From an uncultured Fluviicola sp. (lineage in GTDB: Bacteria; Bacteroidota; Bacteroidia; Flavobacteriales_D; Crocinitomicaceae): 64,000 bases of DNA. Every line of letters begins with the position of its first letter. The stretch's first letter is position 1. Position numbers and translations under genes: made by a program. The stretch lies in the NCBI GenBank assembly GCA_963976995.1, contig CAXBMR010000008.1, positions 28,416-92,415 of the forward strand, given 5' to 3'. Below, piece after piece: positions 53,090 through 62,957 of the stretch. Under the pieces are notes generated by a model. It had not been told where the DNA came from. It did no database searches and was given only the letters and a program-made list of their open reading frames with translations.

Positions 53090-53616
53090 TTCGAGGAATA
53101 TATAAGACGCGCTACTATAAAGTTCCCAAAAGCTTTCCTTCTCGGCCCACAACTGATTTTGCAAAAGAAGGACTTTTTAACATTCTTGAACATCAGTATC
53201 TATATTCAGACATGGAGATTTTGGACCTTTGCGCAGGTTCGGGCAACATTTCTATCGAATTTTTGTCTCGAGAATGCGGCTCCATTGTTGCTGTAGATAA
53301 CAACTACAATTGTATTCGCTACATAAAATCGATGGCGGCCAAATTTGGTTGCGAGGAGAATTTACACGCAATAAAATCGGACGCCTTAAAATATCTGAAC
53401 AAATCTGAGAAGCAATTTGACTTAATTTTTGCAGATCCGCCTTATGCCTATTCGCATCATGCAGAAATTGCCGAAATCGTTTTTGAAAAAGAGAAATTAA
53501 AAAAAGGTGGGACACTTATTATTGAACATGGCAGAGAAACTTCGCTCGAAAATATAACCCATTTTCAATTTATGCGTATATATGGAAACGTACATTTTAG
53601 TTTTTTTGAAACATAA
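53080..53616 (+). CDS. rsmD: 16S rRNA (guanine966-N2)-methyltransferase
   Basis: The GTG start gives MRIIRG.YK.R; RPT.D..KE.LFNIL, DLCAGSG and DPPY follow. Confidence 0.85.
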   Translation: MRIIRGIYKTRYYKVPKSFPSRPTTDFAKEGLFNILEHQYLYSDMEILDLCAGSGNISIEFLSRECGSIVAVDNNYNCIRYIKSMAAKFGCEENLHAIKSDALKYLNKSEKQFDLIFADPPYAYSHHAEIAEIVFEKEKLKKGGTLIIEHGRETSLENITHFQFMRIYGNVHFSFFET

Positions 53617-53621
53617 GAATC

Positions 53622-54083
53622 ATGAGTGAAAAATCAGGTTTATTTCCAGGATCATTTGACCCTTTTACGAAAGGTCATGAAGCTGTGGTGAGAAAAAGTT
53701 TAGACGTGTTTGATCATGTTGTCATTGGTGTTGGAGTAAATACTTCAAAAAAATACATGTTTTCATTGGACAGACGGATTGCTCACATTGAGGCTTTATT
53801 TAAAGATACCAACCAAATAACAGTTCAATCTTTTCATACATTAACCGTTAACTTTTGTAAAGAAATTAATGCTACACATATTATTAGAGGATTGCGTAAC
53901 TCGAAAGATTTTCAATACGAAAAATCAATTGCGCACATGAATTTTGATATTTCAGGAGTGGAAACGGTCTTTTTTCTGACCGATCAGCAATATGCAGCAA
54001 TTAGCTCTACCATTATTAGAGAAATATATAAAAATAAAGGTCCAATTGACAGCTTTGTAACCATGCCAGAATTACTCGTTTAA
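53622..54083 (+). CDS. coaD: Phosphopantetheine adenylyltransferase
   Basis: Contains the GSFDPFTKGH (T/HxGH) and ISST.IRE motifs. Confidence 0.95.
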   Translation: MSEKSGLFPGSFDPFTKGHEAVVRKSLDVFDHVVIGVGVNTSKKYMFSLDRRIAHIEALFKDTNQITVQSFHTLTVNFCKEINATHIIRGLRNSKDFQYEKSIAHMNFDISGVETVFFLTDQQYAAISSTIIREIYKNKGPIDSFVTMPELLV

Positions 54084-54139
54084 TAAGATATGGTATAATT
54101 AGTGTACTGTAACTGTAACACAATAAATAATATTACTTC

Positions 54140-55552
54140 ATGCGGCATTTTCTTCTCTTTCTTTTTTTAATGTCATCTTGCTCCCTGCTGTTCTCTCAAG
54201 TAACAATAAAGGGAGTTGCTCCCGCTTATATTGGAGAAACCATTGAAGCGTTCAAAATACTCGATTATTTCAGCAATAAAGAAGAAAGAATTGCTTCAAC
54301 CACTGTTGAGAAAGATTCTATGTTTACACTTTATATAGAATCCAACTTCACACAAAAAATTATCATTAAATCTAAAAACAACAAAGGTTTTTTATTGATT
54401 CAACCGAATGGAAAATACGAGATTTCTTTTCCAGAAAAAGACAAGTTTTCACCCAATAGACCCAATGGAAATCTAGTCGAAATAGCTTTTTATAACCTAG
54501 ATTCTATGGACATTAATTATAAAGTCCTCGGGTTTCAACGATGGGTTGATCACTTTTTAGGCAACAATTACCATAAAAAAAGTTTGAACAACAATGATTT
54601 TGCTGAAAGTCTAGATGCATTTAAAACACGTGTAGAGAATGCTTATAAAAAGGACACAAGCTCGTTTTTTAAAACACATGTTCGGTTCACAATAGCTGGG
54701 CTTGACAATATTCCAAATGCCGCTGAGCGAAATCGCTATGAAAAACATGATTTTTACATCAAACACTCCCCTGTTAGTTATAACAATGAGACCTATATGC
54801 TCTATATTAAGGAGTTCTATCAAAAACTAATGCCTCGACTCTCAAACAAAACGAATCAAGCCGTTTATGATGGAATTCTAAAGAGCAGTCCAACTATAAT
54901 TATGAAATCTTTGAGTACTGAGTACACATTGATTAACCTTCGAGTAAGAGAATTGATTATGATTACTGCTTTAGCAGAAGTTTATCACTCGGATGATTAC
55001 CCAAAAACAAACATCATCACTATTTTAGATAGTCTATCTACAAAGACGATGTTTAACGCGAATAAAACTGTTGCTATGAACCTCAGAAGTAGAATCACAG
55101 CATTAGTACCTGGAAGTAAAGCTCCAGATTTTGTCTTGACTTCCGCTGAATCGTCAACAAAAACATTATACAGTTTTCAAAAAAAACACTTGTACATCCA
55201 TTTCTTTGATCCAGCGAGAGAAGACGGTGTAAAAGAATTACCCTTATTGGTTGATTTACAAGAAAAATATGGGGAATTTGTACAGTTCGTGACTATCGTT
55301 AAGGAAAAAACAAGCATTTCTGAAAATGAACAAGCACTAATTAATTCAATTCCTTGGGAGGCTTACATATTACCTCAATCAAATTCTATCTGGGAGAATT
55401 ACGGAATTGAGAATTTTTCACAATTCGTTTTAATTGATGCTGCAGGTTACATAGTTGCTAGTCCAGCTTTAGGTCCAACACCAAATGGTCAATACGAAAC
55501 CATTGACAAGACCTTTTATTACTTAAAAAAGAAAATAAATCGTCAAGATTAA
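54140..55552 (+). CDS. Lipoprotein with C-terminal thioredoxin-fold (TlpA/redoxin-like) domain lacking the CxxC motif
   Basis: APDFVLTS....KTLYSF..KHLYIHFFDP resembles the redoxin N-terminal strand, but no Cys follows. The only Cys is in the signal/lipobox. Confidence 0.5.
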   Translation: MRHFLLFLFLMSSCSLLFSQVTIKGVAPAYIGETIEAFKILDYFSNKEERIASTTVEKDSMFTLYIESNFTQKIIIKSKNNKGFLLIQPNGKYEISFPEKDKFSPNRPNGNLVEIAFYNLDSMDINYKVLGFQRWVDHFLGNNYHKKSLNNNDFAESLDAFKTRVENAYKKDTSSFFKTHVRFTIAGLDNIPNAAERNRYEKHDFYIKHSPVSYNNETYMLYIKEFYQKLMPRLSNKTNQAVYDGILKSSPTIIMKSLSTEYTLINLRVRELIMITALAEVYHSDDYPKTNIITILDSLSTKTMFNANKTVAMNLRSRITALVPGSKAPDFVLTSAESSTKTLYSFQKKHLYIHFFDPAREDGVKELPLLVDLQEKYGEFVQFVTIVKEKTSISENEQALINSIPWEAYILPQSNSIWENYGIENFSQFVLIDAAGYIVASPALGPTPNGQYETIDKTFYYLKKKINRQD

Positions 55553-56247
55553 CCAATAGAAACATCGAAAAGGTATCCAATAAACCAAGTTGCTGCGAGT
55601 GCCGCAACTCCCCAAAAAGTTACTCGATATATTGCTTTCCAGACGTTTGCCCCACCGAAATGAGCTGAAACACCTCCAAGTATCGCCAAGAACAGGATAG
55701 AAGTCACTGAAACCAATGGAATTAAAATTGTTACGCTTGATAAATAAGCAACAACAACTGGTAAGCCTGCCCCAACGATGAAAGAAACAGCCGAAGCGAA
55801 TGCGGCCTGAGTTGGATTTGCCTCAGTATGTTCAGTAATATTTAATTCATCTCGTGCATGGGCACCAAAAGCATCGTGAGCCATTAATTCTTTTGCTACT
55901 TGTTCCGCAAGGTCTCTACTTAAACCCCTAGTCTCATATATATCTGCTAATTCTTTGGTTTCCCCTTCAAAATCATCTTCCAATTCTTCTTTCTCCCTTT
56001 CTAAGTCCGCTTTCTCAATGTCAGATTGGGAACTAACAGAAACATATTCTCCTGCGGCCATTGACATTGCTCCAGCAACGAGGCCAGCTACAGCTGCAAT
56101 CATAATAGAAGATTCGGTTGCGCCGGCGGCCGCCACTCCAACAATTAAACTTGCCATCGAAACGATACCATCATTGGCGCCAAGAACTGTCGCTCTCATC
56201 CATCCTATTCTCGTTATATAATGCGTTTCATTGTTTCTATAAAACAT
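55549..56247 (-). CDS. VIT1/CCC1-family iron/manganese transporter
   Basis: WMRATVLGANDGIVS, a central acidic helix and C-terminal TM helices are present. The ATG at 56247 is preferred over the TTG at 56283. Confidence 0.8.
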   Translation of the reverse strand: MFYRNNETHYITRIGWMRATVLGANDGIVSMASLIVGVAAAGATESSIMIAAVAGLVAGAMSMAAGEYVSVSSQSDIEKADLEREKEELEDDFEGETKELADIYETRGLSRDLAEQVAKELMAHDAFGAHARDELNITEHTEANPTQAAFASAVSFIVGAGLPVVVAYLSSVTILIPLVSVTSILFLAILGGVSAHFGGANVWKAIYRVTFWGVAALAATWFIGYLFDVSIG

Positions 56248-56329
56248 ACGAATCAAGTTTCTTATTCTATCAAAATTAAGCAATAATTCTTGCTAATTTC
56301 ACTAAATTCGCACTCAAAACTATTTTTAA

Positions 56330-56917
56330 ATGCGATTTAATCTTTCTGAAATTACCGAACTCATACGTGAAAGGCGAACTATTTTTCCTGAGCAATTTAG
56401 TGATAGAAAAGTACATAAAGAGCAAATAGAGTTAATGCTAAACAATGCTCAATGGGCACCAACTCATGGCAATACACAACCGTGGCGATTTAAAGTATTT
56501 ACAGATCAAGGAAGAAATCAGTTAAGTGATTTTCTGAGTCAAACGTATTTAAAATTGACGCCAGAAGACAAGCAGGATGATCAGAAACTAGCTAAGTTAC
56601 TAACTCGGCCCTTAAAATCATCTGTTGTAATTGCCGTTTGGATGAAAAGACAGGAGTCTGAAAAAATTTTAGAAATTGAAGAAATTGAAGCAGTTGCCTG
56701 CGCGATTCAAAATATGCATCTTACATGCATAGCTTATGGTTTAGGTGGGTTTTGGTCAACACCTAAACTTATTTATTCTAGCGAAATGAATGAATTCCTA
56801 AAAATTGAAGAAAAAGATAAATGTCTTGGATTGTTTTACATAGGTTATCCAGCAATTGAATGGCCAAAATCTCATAGAAAACCAATTGAATATACCACAG
56901 AATGGATAACCCAGTAG
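56330..56917 (+). CDS. Nitroreductase-family protein
   Basis: RRTIFPEQF, APTHGNTQPWRF and the typical ~195-aa length fit the family. Confidence 0.85.
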   Translation: MRFNLSEITELIRERRTIFPEQFSDRKVHKEQIELMLNNAQWAPTHGNTQPWRFKVFTDQGRNQLSDFLSQTYLKLTPEDKQDDQKLAKLLTRPLKSSVVIAVWMKRQESEKILEIEEIEAVACAIQNMHLTCIAYGLGGFWSTPKLIYSSEMNEFLKIEEKDKCLGLFYIGYPAIEWPKSHRKPIEYTTEWITQ

Positions 56918-57324
56918 ATTCTACTCTTATCGACCTTGGACTGGTTAATTATGTTCAGCATCCATCCAATCCAAATTATATTGTTTATCGTTTTGCAGAT
57001 ATCAATAGGGCAAATTCTTTTGAAATGGAACTCAAAAATCAAAAAATTTGGTTTGAAAGAAACTCTGAGCAAAAAAGAAGTAAAGAATATTACCTGTTTG
57101 GAATTCATAAGCGAGACTATAACAAAACGGAAAAAATAAATTATCTGGTTGAAGCAAAACACAAGAAACCTTTTATTCCAACTCGATTTTTGCGTTACTT
57201 CTTGTTACTGTTTTCTGCTGTAGTCATGTTACTTGCCATTATTGGCTATTGCAAACAGCAAAATAAACTCAATAGAATCAATAAAAGTGGTCAATTACTC
57301 AATATTAAAAATATATCGGAATAA
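56902..57324 (+). CDS. Hypothetical protein with C-terminal TM helix
   Basis: The ORF overlaps the nitroreductase stop by 16 nt. No family was recognised. Confidence 0.45.
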   Translation: MDNPVDSTLIDLGLVNYVQHPSNPNYIVYRFADINRANSFEMELKNQKIWFERNSEQKRSKEYYLFGIHKRDYNKTEKINYLVEAKHKKPFIPTRFLRYFLLLFSAVVMLLAIIGYCKQQNKLNRINKSGQLLNIKNISE

Positions 57325-57352
57325 AATCCGTTTCTTAGCGTTTTAGAAATTG

Positions 57353-58129
57353 ATGAAACTAATTTTACTTTTCATATTCGCATCTACACTGTTTTCTGCA
57401 TCTTCGCAAATAAAACATAAGGCTAAAGTACCCTCCTACTTCGGAATACGGTTAAGTCCTATTTTTCCTACACAATTTATTGGAGAGAGAACCTTGACGA
57501 TGCAACAAGATGTCAATGATCCTTTTAAGCTTTCAACAACAATTACCCAAAAAATGGGTTTTTCATTCGGAGGAACAGTTAGAGCAGGTTTAACTAAATT
57601 ATTAGCCATAGAAACCGGCCTAAATTTTACGCAACGAAATTTTGACTTATCCATGGAACTACCAGATTCTTTAATAAGAGCAACCAACACGCTAGAATTT
57701 ATTCAATACGACTTGCCTGTTAATGCACTATTTTATATTCAATTATCCAATGAATGGTTCATGGACGCATCTCTGGGAATCGCAGGGACATTCTCTCCTA
57801 CTCATGTTGGAACAGTTACCGTTCCTGAGAAAAAACAAGAATTCAGGCATACAGGAATAGTACAGAGCAAGTTTGGACTTGACTTGAATGCTAATCTAGG
57901 TTTTGAATTCAGAACAAAAAAGAATGGCTTTTTCTACCTTGGCGGATCTGCTAGAGTCCCATTTCAGCCTCTTTTTAATTTATACTTAGAATATAACTAT
58001 ACCGGTTCAGCTGTTAACAAAGTACTAAATGGAGAAGTCGATGGCTCGTATTTAGCCATAGAATTTAAATACTTCTTTCCCAATATTAAAAACAAAGGAC
58101 CTCAGTTTCAAAAAGGCCCGATTGAATAA
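57353..58129 (+). CDS. Hypothetical outer-membrane beta-barrel-like protein
   Basis: Has a signal peptide (..SASSQ) and an alternating beta-strand pattern. The ATG at 57353 was chosen. Confidence 0.45.
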   Translation: MKLILLFIFASTLFSASSQIKHKAKVPSYFGIRLSPIFPTQFIGERTLTMQQDVNDPFKLSTTITQKMGFSFGGTVRAGLTKLLAIETGLNFTQRNFDLSMELPDSLIRATNTLEFIQYDLPVNALFYIQLSNEWFMDASLGIAGTFSPTHVGTVTVPEKKQEFRHTGIVQSKFGLDLNANLGFEFRTKKNGFFYLGGSARVPFQPLFNLYLEYNYTGSAVNKVLNGEVDGSYLAIEFKYFFPNIKNKGPQFQKGPIE

Positions 58130-58169
58130 TAATTTTCTTACTTTCGTTTATTCTAAATCAAACGAAGCA

Positions 58170-60080
58170 ATGATTATTAAATATACTCTCTTTTTCACAG
58201 TATTGTTATCACAAGTATTTTCACAGGCGCAGAATACAATGACTGCTGAAACTTTAATTGAATTAAACAGAATTTCTGCTGTTGGCTTATCTACAGATGG
58301 GGCGAATGTTGTTTACAAAGTCTCCAAAATTGATATTCCAACGAATAGTAAAACTTCTAAGTTATTTATCCTTCCACTTGAATATGGCACTCCAAAAGAA
58401 ATCAAGGATTATACTGATTTCATAACAAAGGATTCAGAAATTTCTAAAGACGGGAAGTACAAAATACTTTCCAAAGAAGTGAAACTAAAGAAAATAAAAG
58501 GAACTGACTTTTACCCTGAATTGACTAAGTCTAATGTGATGATGTACGATGAACTCAACTACCGCCATTGGGATAAATGGGAAGATGGGAACTATAACCA
58601 TGTTTTTATCAAAAATTTGGCAAATCAAGAGTTAACGGATATTATGCAGGGAGAAAAATACCATTGTCCACAACGTCCATTTGGAGGTGCAGAAGATTTT
58701 ATTTGGAATTTTGATGGAACTAAAGTTCTTTATGTATCCAAGAAAAAAGAAGGAACAGAATATGCAGTTAGCACAAACACAGATATTTATGAGTACAATA
58801 TTGCTACGGCAACAACTAAAAATTTGACTGAAGAAAATAAAGGCTACGACACGAATCCCGCATTTTCTAAAAATGGTCAGCTTGGTTGGTTGCAAATGAA
58901 GCGTGATGGTTACGAATCTGACAAAAACGATATCTGCATTTTCATAGATGGCAAAAAGAAAAATTTAACCAAAGACTGGGATGGAACAGTTAATGAGTTT
59001 ATATGGAGCTCTCATGTTAATCTCATCTATTTTATCGCTCCAGTAGAAGGAACTGTTCAATTATTCTCCGTTTCTGTTCCTAAAAACTTGAAAGGTACTC
59101 CAAAAATTAAGCAAATAACCAAAGGTCAGTTTGACGTTCATGGAATTGTAGGTCAACATAATGGCATAATGGTTGTAAATCGCAGAGACATGAATCATGC
59201 GACAGAATTGTACAAAGTAGAGCTGAAAAATGGTGAAATGTCCCAATTAACTCATATCAACGATGCGACATACAATGGTATTAAATTAAGCAAAGTAGAA
59301 AGCAGAATGATTCCTACAACAGATGGAAAGGAAATGCTTTCGTGGGTCATTTATCCACCAGATTTTGATCCAAACAAAAAATATCCGACCTTACTTTATT
59401 GTCAAGGAGGGCCTCAAGGAGCGCTGAGTCAATTCTACTCATACAGATGGAATTTTCAACTAATGGCTGCTAATGGTTACATTGTTATTGCACCAAACCG
59501 ACGTGGAATGCCTGGTTGGGGAGTGGAATGGAATGAGCAAATTTCCAAGGATTACGGAGGGCAGAACATGCAAGATTACTTATCTGCTATTGATGACATT
59601 TCGAACGAACCTTACGTTGACAAGGAAAGACTAGGCTGTATTGGCGCCAGTTATGGCGGTTATTCTGCATTTTATTTAGCAGGTATTCACGAGAATCGTT
59701 TCAAGACATTTATTGCTCATGACGGTATTTACAATTGGAAAAGCATGTACGGAACTACGGAAGAATTATTCTTTGTCAATTGGGATTTAGGTGGTGCTCC
59801 TTGGGAGAAAGGAAATGAAGTCGCTCAGAAAAGTCACAATGCGTTTAATCCTGCCGAATATGTAGAAAAATGGAACACTCCAATTATGATTATCCAAGGA
59901 GGAAAAGACTATCGAGTACCTATTGGACAAGGACTAGAAGCGTTTCAAGCAGCGCAATTATTAGGTGTAAAAAGTAAACTATTGTACTTTCCTGAAGAGA
60001 ATCACTGGGTTCTTGACTATCAAAATAGTTTGATTTGGCACACGGAGTTTAAGAATTGGTTGGATGAGTTTTTGAAGTAA
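58170..60080 (+). CDS. S9-family serine peptidase (prolyl oligopeptidase/dipeptidyl peptidase-like) with N-terminal beta-propeller
   Basis: Contains GASYGG (GxSxGG), GGKDYRVP and ENHWV, consistent with a Ser/Asp/His triad. The start was moved to MIIKYTLFF (signal peptide). Confidence 0.88.
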   Translation: MIIKYTLFFTVLLSQVFSQAQNTMTAETLIELNRISAVGLSTDGANVVYKVSKIDIPTNSKTSKLFILPLEYGTPKEIKDYTDFITKDSEISKDGKYKILSKEVKLKKIKGTDFYPELTKSNVMMYDELNYRHWDKWEDGNYNHVFIKNLANQELTDIMQGEKYHCPQRPFGGAEDFIWNFDGTKVLYVSKKKEGTEYAVSTNTDIYEYNIATATTKNLTEENKGYDTNPAFSKNGQLGWLQMKRDGYESDKNDICIFIDGKKKNLTKDWDGTVNEFIWSSHVNLIYFIAPVEGTVQLFSVSVPKNLKGTPKIKQITKGQFDVHGIVGQHNGIMVVNRRDMNHATELYKVELKNGEMSQLTHINDATYNGIKLSKVESRMIPTTDGKEMLSWVIYPPDFDPNKKYPTLLYCQGGPQGALSQFYSYRWNFQLMAANGYIVIAPNRRGMPGWGVEWNEQISKDYGGQNMQDYLSAIDDISNEPYVDKERLGCIGASYGGYSAFYLAGIHENRFKTFIAHDGIYNWKSMYGTTEELFFVNWDLGGAPWEKGNEVAQKSHNAFNPAEYVEKWNTPIMIIQGGKDYRVPIGQGLEAFQAAQLLGVKSKLLYFPEENHWVLDYQNSLIWHTEFKNWLDEFLK

Positions 60081-60179
60081 AACTTTGTTATCACAACGAA
60101 AAACCAATCCAGCTTGCTAACAATCTAAATGAGCAGCACTTCTAACTCTCTTTCAACGAGCTTGCAAGCAAATTTTAAA

Positions 60180-60207
60180 ATGTTTGGTTTCTACCCAAAC
60201 CAAACAT
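60180..60207 (-). terminator. Hairpin spanning the DUF721 stop codon; probable terminator of the recF-DUF721 unit
   Basis: atgtttggttt-ctaccc-aaaccaaacat forms an 11-bp perfect stem, followed on the minus strand by TTTTAAAATTT. Confidence 0.4.
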
Positions 60208-60511
60208 CTGCAATAATCTCACTCCCGGCAAATTCATTAATTCTTTGAATTATAACTTGCTTTCCATGTGCCAATTCATCTCGCATAACAGAAGATTCCA
60301 TTTTGAGATAAAGCGTTTTATTTCTAATCGTTATTTCTTTCGTTCTATGGGCAACAGCAGTCCCCATTAATTCTGGCCACGCTTCTACAATTTCGAGAAT
60401 TTTCGCTCGTTCTTCAAAACCATAAGCCTTCATCCAACGGTCAAGCACTTCTTTCAGGGGTTGCTCGTTCGAAGTTCTTTTTAAGTCACTGTATTTACTC
60501 CGCTTCGACAT
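60191..60511 (-). CDS. DUF721-domain protein (recF-associated)
   Basis: It is about 106 aa, overlaps the recF 3' end by 17 nt, and shows the typical recF-DUF721 pairing. Confidence 0.7.
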   Translation of the reverse strand: MSKRSKYSDLKRTSNEQPLKEVLDRWMKAYGFEERAKILEIVEAWPELMGTAVAHRTKEITIRNKTLYLKMESSVMRDELAHGKQVIIQRINEFAGSEIIADVWFG

Positions 60512-61616
60512 AGTCTAGTTGTTTTACGCTTCCGGACGCTACCTCGTAAATGCTGTAATCTAAATGACTCTCTGCAAAAATTTTCTGCACACGTTCTGCA
60601 TCAGTATCTGTGACTAAAACCTGCCCGAAAAAATTATCTGCCACTAAATGCATTAATCTTTCTACTCGAGAATGGTCCAATTTGTCAAAAATATCATCCA
60701 AAAGCAAAACAGGTAGAACGCCAAGGTGATTTTTTAACCACTCATATTGCGCCAAACGCAATGCGATAATAAATGATTTTTGTTGACCTTGAGAACCAAA
60801 TTTCTTTACGGGATGCCCCTTTATTTCAAAAATTAAATCGTCTTTATGTGTCCCAGCGTTAGAATATCGTGTATGTGCATCTCTTTGCTCATGCATTTGA
60901 AGTAAGTCGGTGAATGAATGCTCTATTAATTGCGATTTATACGTTAAATGAACCTCTTCCTCCACCGTTCCAATCGCATCATAGTGCTTTTGAAACACAG
61001 GAATAAACTCTTCTAAAAACTCCTTTCTCTTAGCATGTATATTGTTTCCTAACACGATCATTTGTTCGTTCCAAACCTCAATGGATTCTTTATCGAACAA
61101 ACGATGTTCTGCCATGTTTTTCAGCAATGCATTTCGTTGTTGTAAAACCTTTGTATACTTCTGTATATCCTGTAAATACTGACGGTCAAACTGCGCTATA
61201 ATTCCATCCATCCACTTTCTTCGTAGTTCACTGCCTTCTGAAATAAGATCTCTATCATAGGGAGAAATCATGACTGCCGGAAATTGACCGATATGATCTG
61301 CCAACTTCTCATATTCCTTTTTGTTTCTTCGAAATACTTTCTTTGCTCCTAGTTTCACTGCACAATTGATATTGACAGTTTGCTCTTCTTTGAACCAATC
61401 ACCTTGAATAACAAAAAATGCTTCTCCAAAACGAATGTTCTGTTTATCAACAACGTTCATATATGATTTGCAAATACTTAAGTAGTGAACAGAATCAAGA
61501 ATATTAGTCTTACCTGAACCATTCATTCCCACAAAACAATTAATTCCCTTCGAAAGTGAAATCTCAGAGTCTTCGTAGTTCTTAAAATTGACAAGATGTA
61601 AATTTTGCAAATGCAT
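60495..61616 (-). CDS. recF: DNA replication and repair protein RecF
   Basis: Contains Walker A GMNGSGKTN, the signature GSQGQQKS and LLLDDIFDKLD. Confidence 0.95.
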   Translation of the reverse strand: MHLQNLHLVNFKNYEDSEISLSKGINCFVGMNGSGKTNILDSVHYLSICKSYMNVVDKQNIRFGEAFFVIQGDWFKEEQTVNINCAVKLGAKKVFRRNKKEYEKLADHIGQFPAVMISPYDRDLISEGSELRRKWMDGIIAQFDRQYLQDIQKYTKVLQQRNALLKNMAEHRLFDKESIEVWNEQMIVLGNNIHAKRKEFLEEFIPVFQKHYDAIGTVEEEVHLTYKSQLIEHSFTDLLQMHEQRDAHTRYSNAGTHKDDLIFEIKGHPVKKFGSQGQQKSFIIALRLAQYEWLKNHLGVLPVLLLDDIFDKLDHSRVERLMHLVADNFFGQVLVTDTDAERVQKIFAESHLDYSIYEVASGSVKQLDYVEAE

Positions 61617-61824
61617 GGTGTAAATTTAGTTCAATTGTTGGACATTTGAAGGCAGGTTGACCGAATAAATAATTGAAAATTGAAAAACTGAGGCAGAATC
61701 AAGTCGAAAAATTGAACAGATAGAAATTCGAAAAGACCAACGGTCGAATTATTCATTCTAAACCTTCCAATCTTGAAAAAAAAACATTACTTTTGCTCGC
61801 TATTAAAAAAGAACACAAATTACG

Positions 61825-62466
61825 ATGTTAGAAGATATTTCAGGAGATCAAATTAAAGAACAATTTAAGTCGAATAAAACCTTAAGAATGGTGACGATAA
61901 TTGTTGGTGGATTAATCATTTTAATTTTAGGTTATTTTGCATACCGTCAGTTTATGTGGAAACCAGCTAATGAAAAATCGAAAAATTCTACTTGGATTGG
62001 ATTAAACTATGCTGCTAAAGATTCTACAGAATTGGCTATCGACGAGTTAAAAGTTCAAGTCAAAAAATACGACGGAAAAATTGGAGGAGAAACAGCACAA
62101 TTTGTTCTGGCTAGACAATACATGAATACTGGTGAATACAAAAAAGCAATTGAAGAACTAGAAGGAGTTGACGTATCTGATACCTATGTTCAAGTTATGG
62201 CAATTGGCTTAAGAGCAGATGCCTATTCAGAGCTAGAGAACTATCCTGAAGCAGCAAAATTATACAAGGAAGCAGCAGCTTTAAATCCAAACGACTTCAC
62301 TTCCCCTATCTATTTAATGAAAGCAGGTCTTTGCCTTGAAGAAATTAACAACTTTGAGAATGCAACCAAATGCTACAAGCAAATCAAGGAAGAATATCCA
62401 ACCTTCGCTTCTCAGAAAGCAATTGATAAGTACATTGCTCGTTCGGAGAACAAAAAAACAAAATAA
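61825..62466 (+). CDS. TPR-repeat membrane-anchored protein (conserved upstream of ribH)
   Basis: One TM helix followed by TPR-like repeats. A TACTTTTG -7-like box lies at 61788-61795. Confidence 0.6.
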   Translation: MLEDISGDQIKEQFKSNKTLRMVTIIVGGLIILILGYFAYRQFMWKPANEKSKNSTWIGLNYAAKDSTELAIDELKVQVKKYDGKIGGETAQFVLARQYMNTGEYKKAIEELEGVDVSDTYVQVMAIGLRADAYSELENYPEAAKLYKEAAALNPNDFTSPIYLMKAGLCLEEINNFENATKCYKQIKEEYPTFASQKAIDKYIARSENKKTK

Positions 62467-62954
62467 TGGCTACTGCAAATCGCAACTTGTCAGAATATAT
62501 TAAGGAAGAAATTCCAAACGGTGCCGATTTTAAAATCGGCATTGTTGTTTCTGAATGGAACCCTCAAATAACATTGAATCTTTTAGAGGGTGCGAAAGAA
62601 GCTTTAATTGACAATGGTGTTCAAGAAGGAAATGTTACTATTCATTTCGTCCCTGGTGCTTTTGAATTACCCCTTGGAGCACAATTTATGTGTGAGAAAG
62701 GAGAATTAGATGGTGTGATCGCAATTGGTGTTGTCATTCAAGGAGAAACAAAACACTTTGATTTTGTATGTGATGGTGCAACCCAAGGTATCAAAGACGT
62801 GAATCTAAAATACAACACTCCTGTAACTTTCTGTTTGCTTACAGACAATAACATTCAGCAATCAATTGATCGTTCTGGTGGTAAACATGGAAACAAAGGC
62901 ATAGAATGTGCTATTGCATGTATGAAAATGATTGCATTGAAAAAATCTATTTAA
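62466..62954 (+). CDS. ribH: 6,7-dimethyl-8-ribityllumazine synthase
   Basis: Shows the RibH pattern (..VPGAFELP.., G.VI.GET.HFD.V); its start overlaps the upstream stop (TAATG). Confidence 0.95.
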   Translation: MATANRNLSEYIKEEIPNGADFKIGIVVSEWNPQITLNLLEGAKEALIDNGVQEGNVTIHFVPGAFELPLGAQFMCEKGELDGVIAIGVVIQGETKHFDFVCDGATQGIKDVNLKYNTPVTFCLLTDNNIQQSIDRSGGKHGNKGIECAIACMKMIALKKSI

Positions 62955-62957
62955 ATT

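Noticed and set aside
60101-60170. A 10-bp palindrome gcttgcaagc and a repeated agcttgc in the S9 peptidase/DUF721 convergent spacer.
   Set aside because: The palindrome has zero loop and so cannot form a hairpin. It is short enough to occur by chance, and the neighbouring 11-bp hairpin at 60180-60207 explains termination better.
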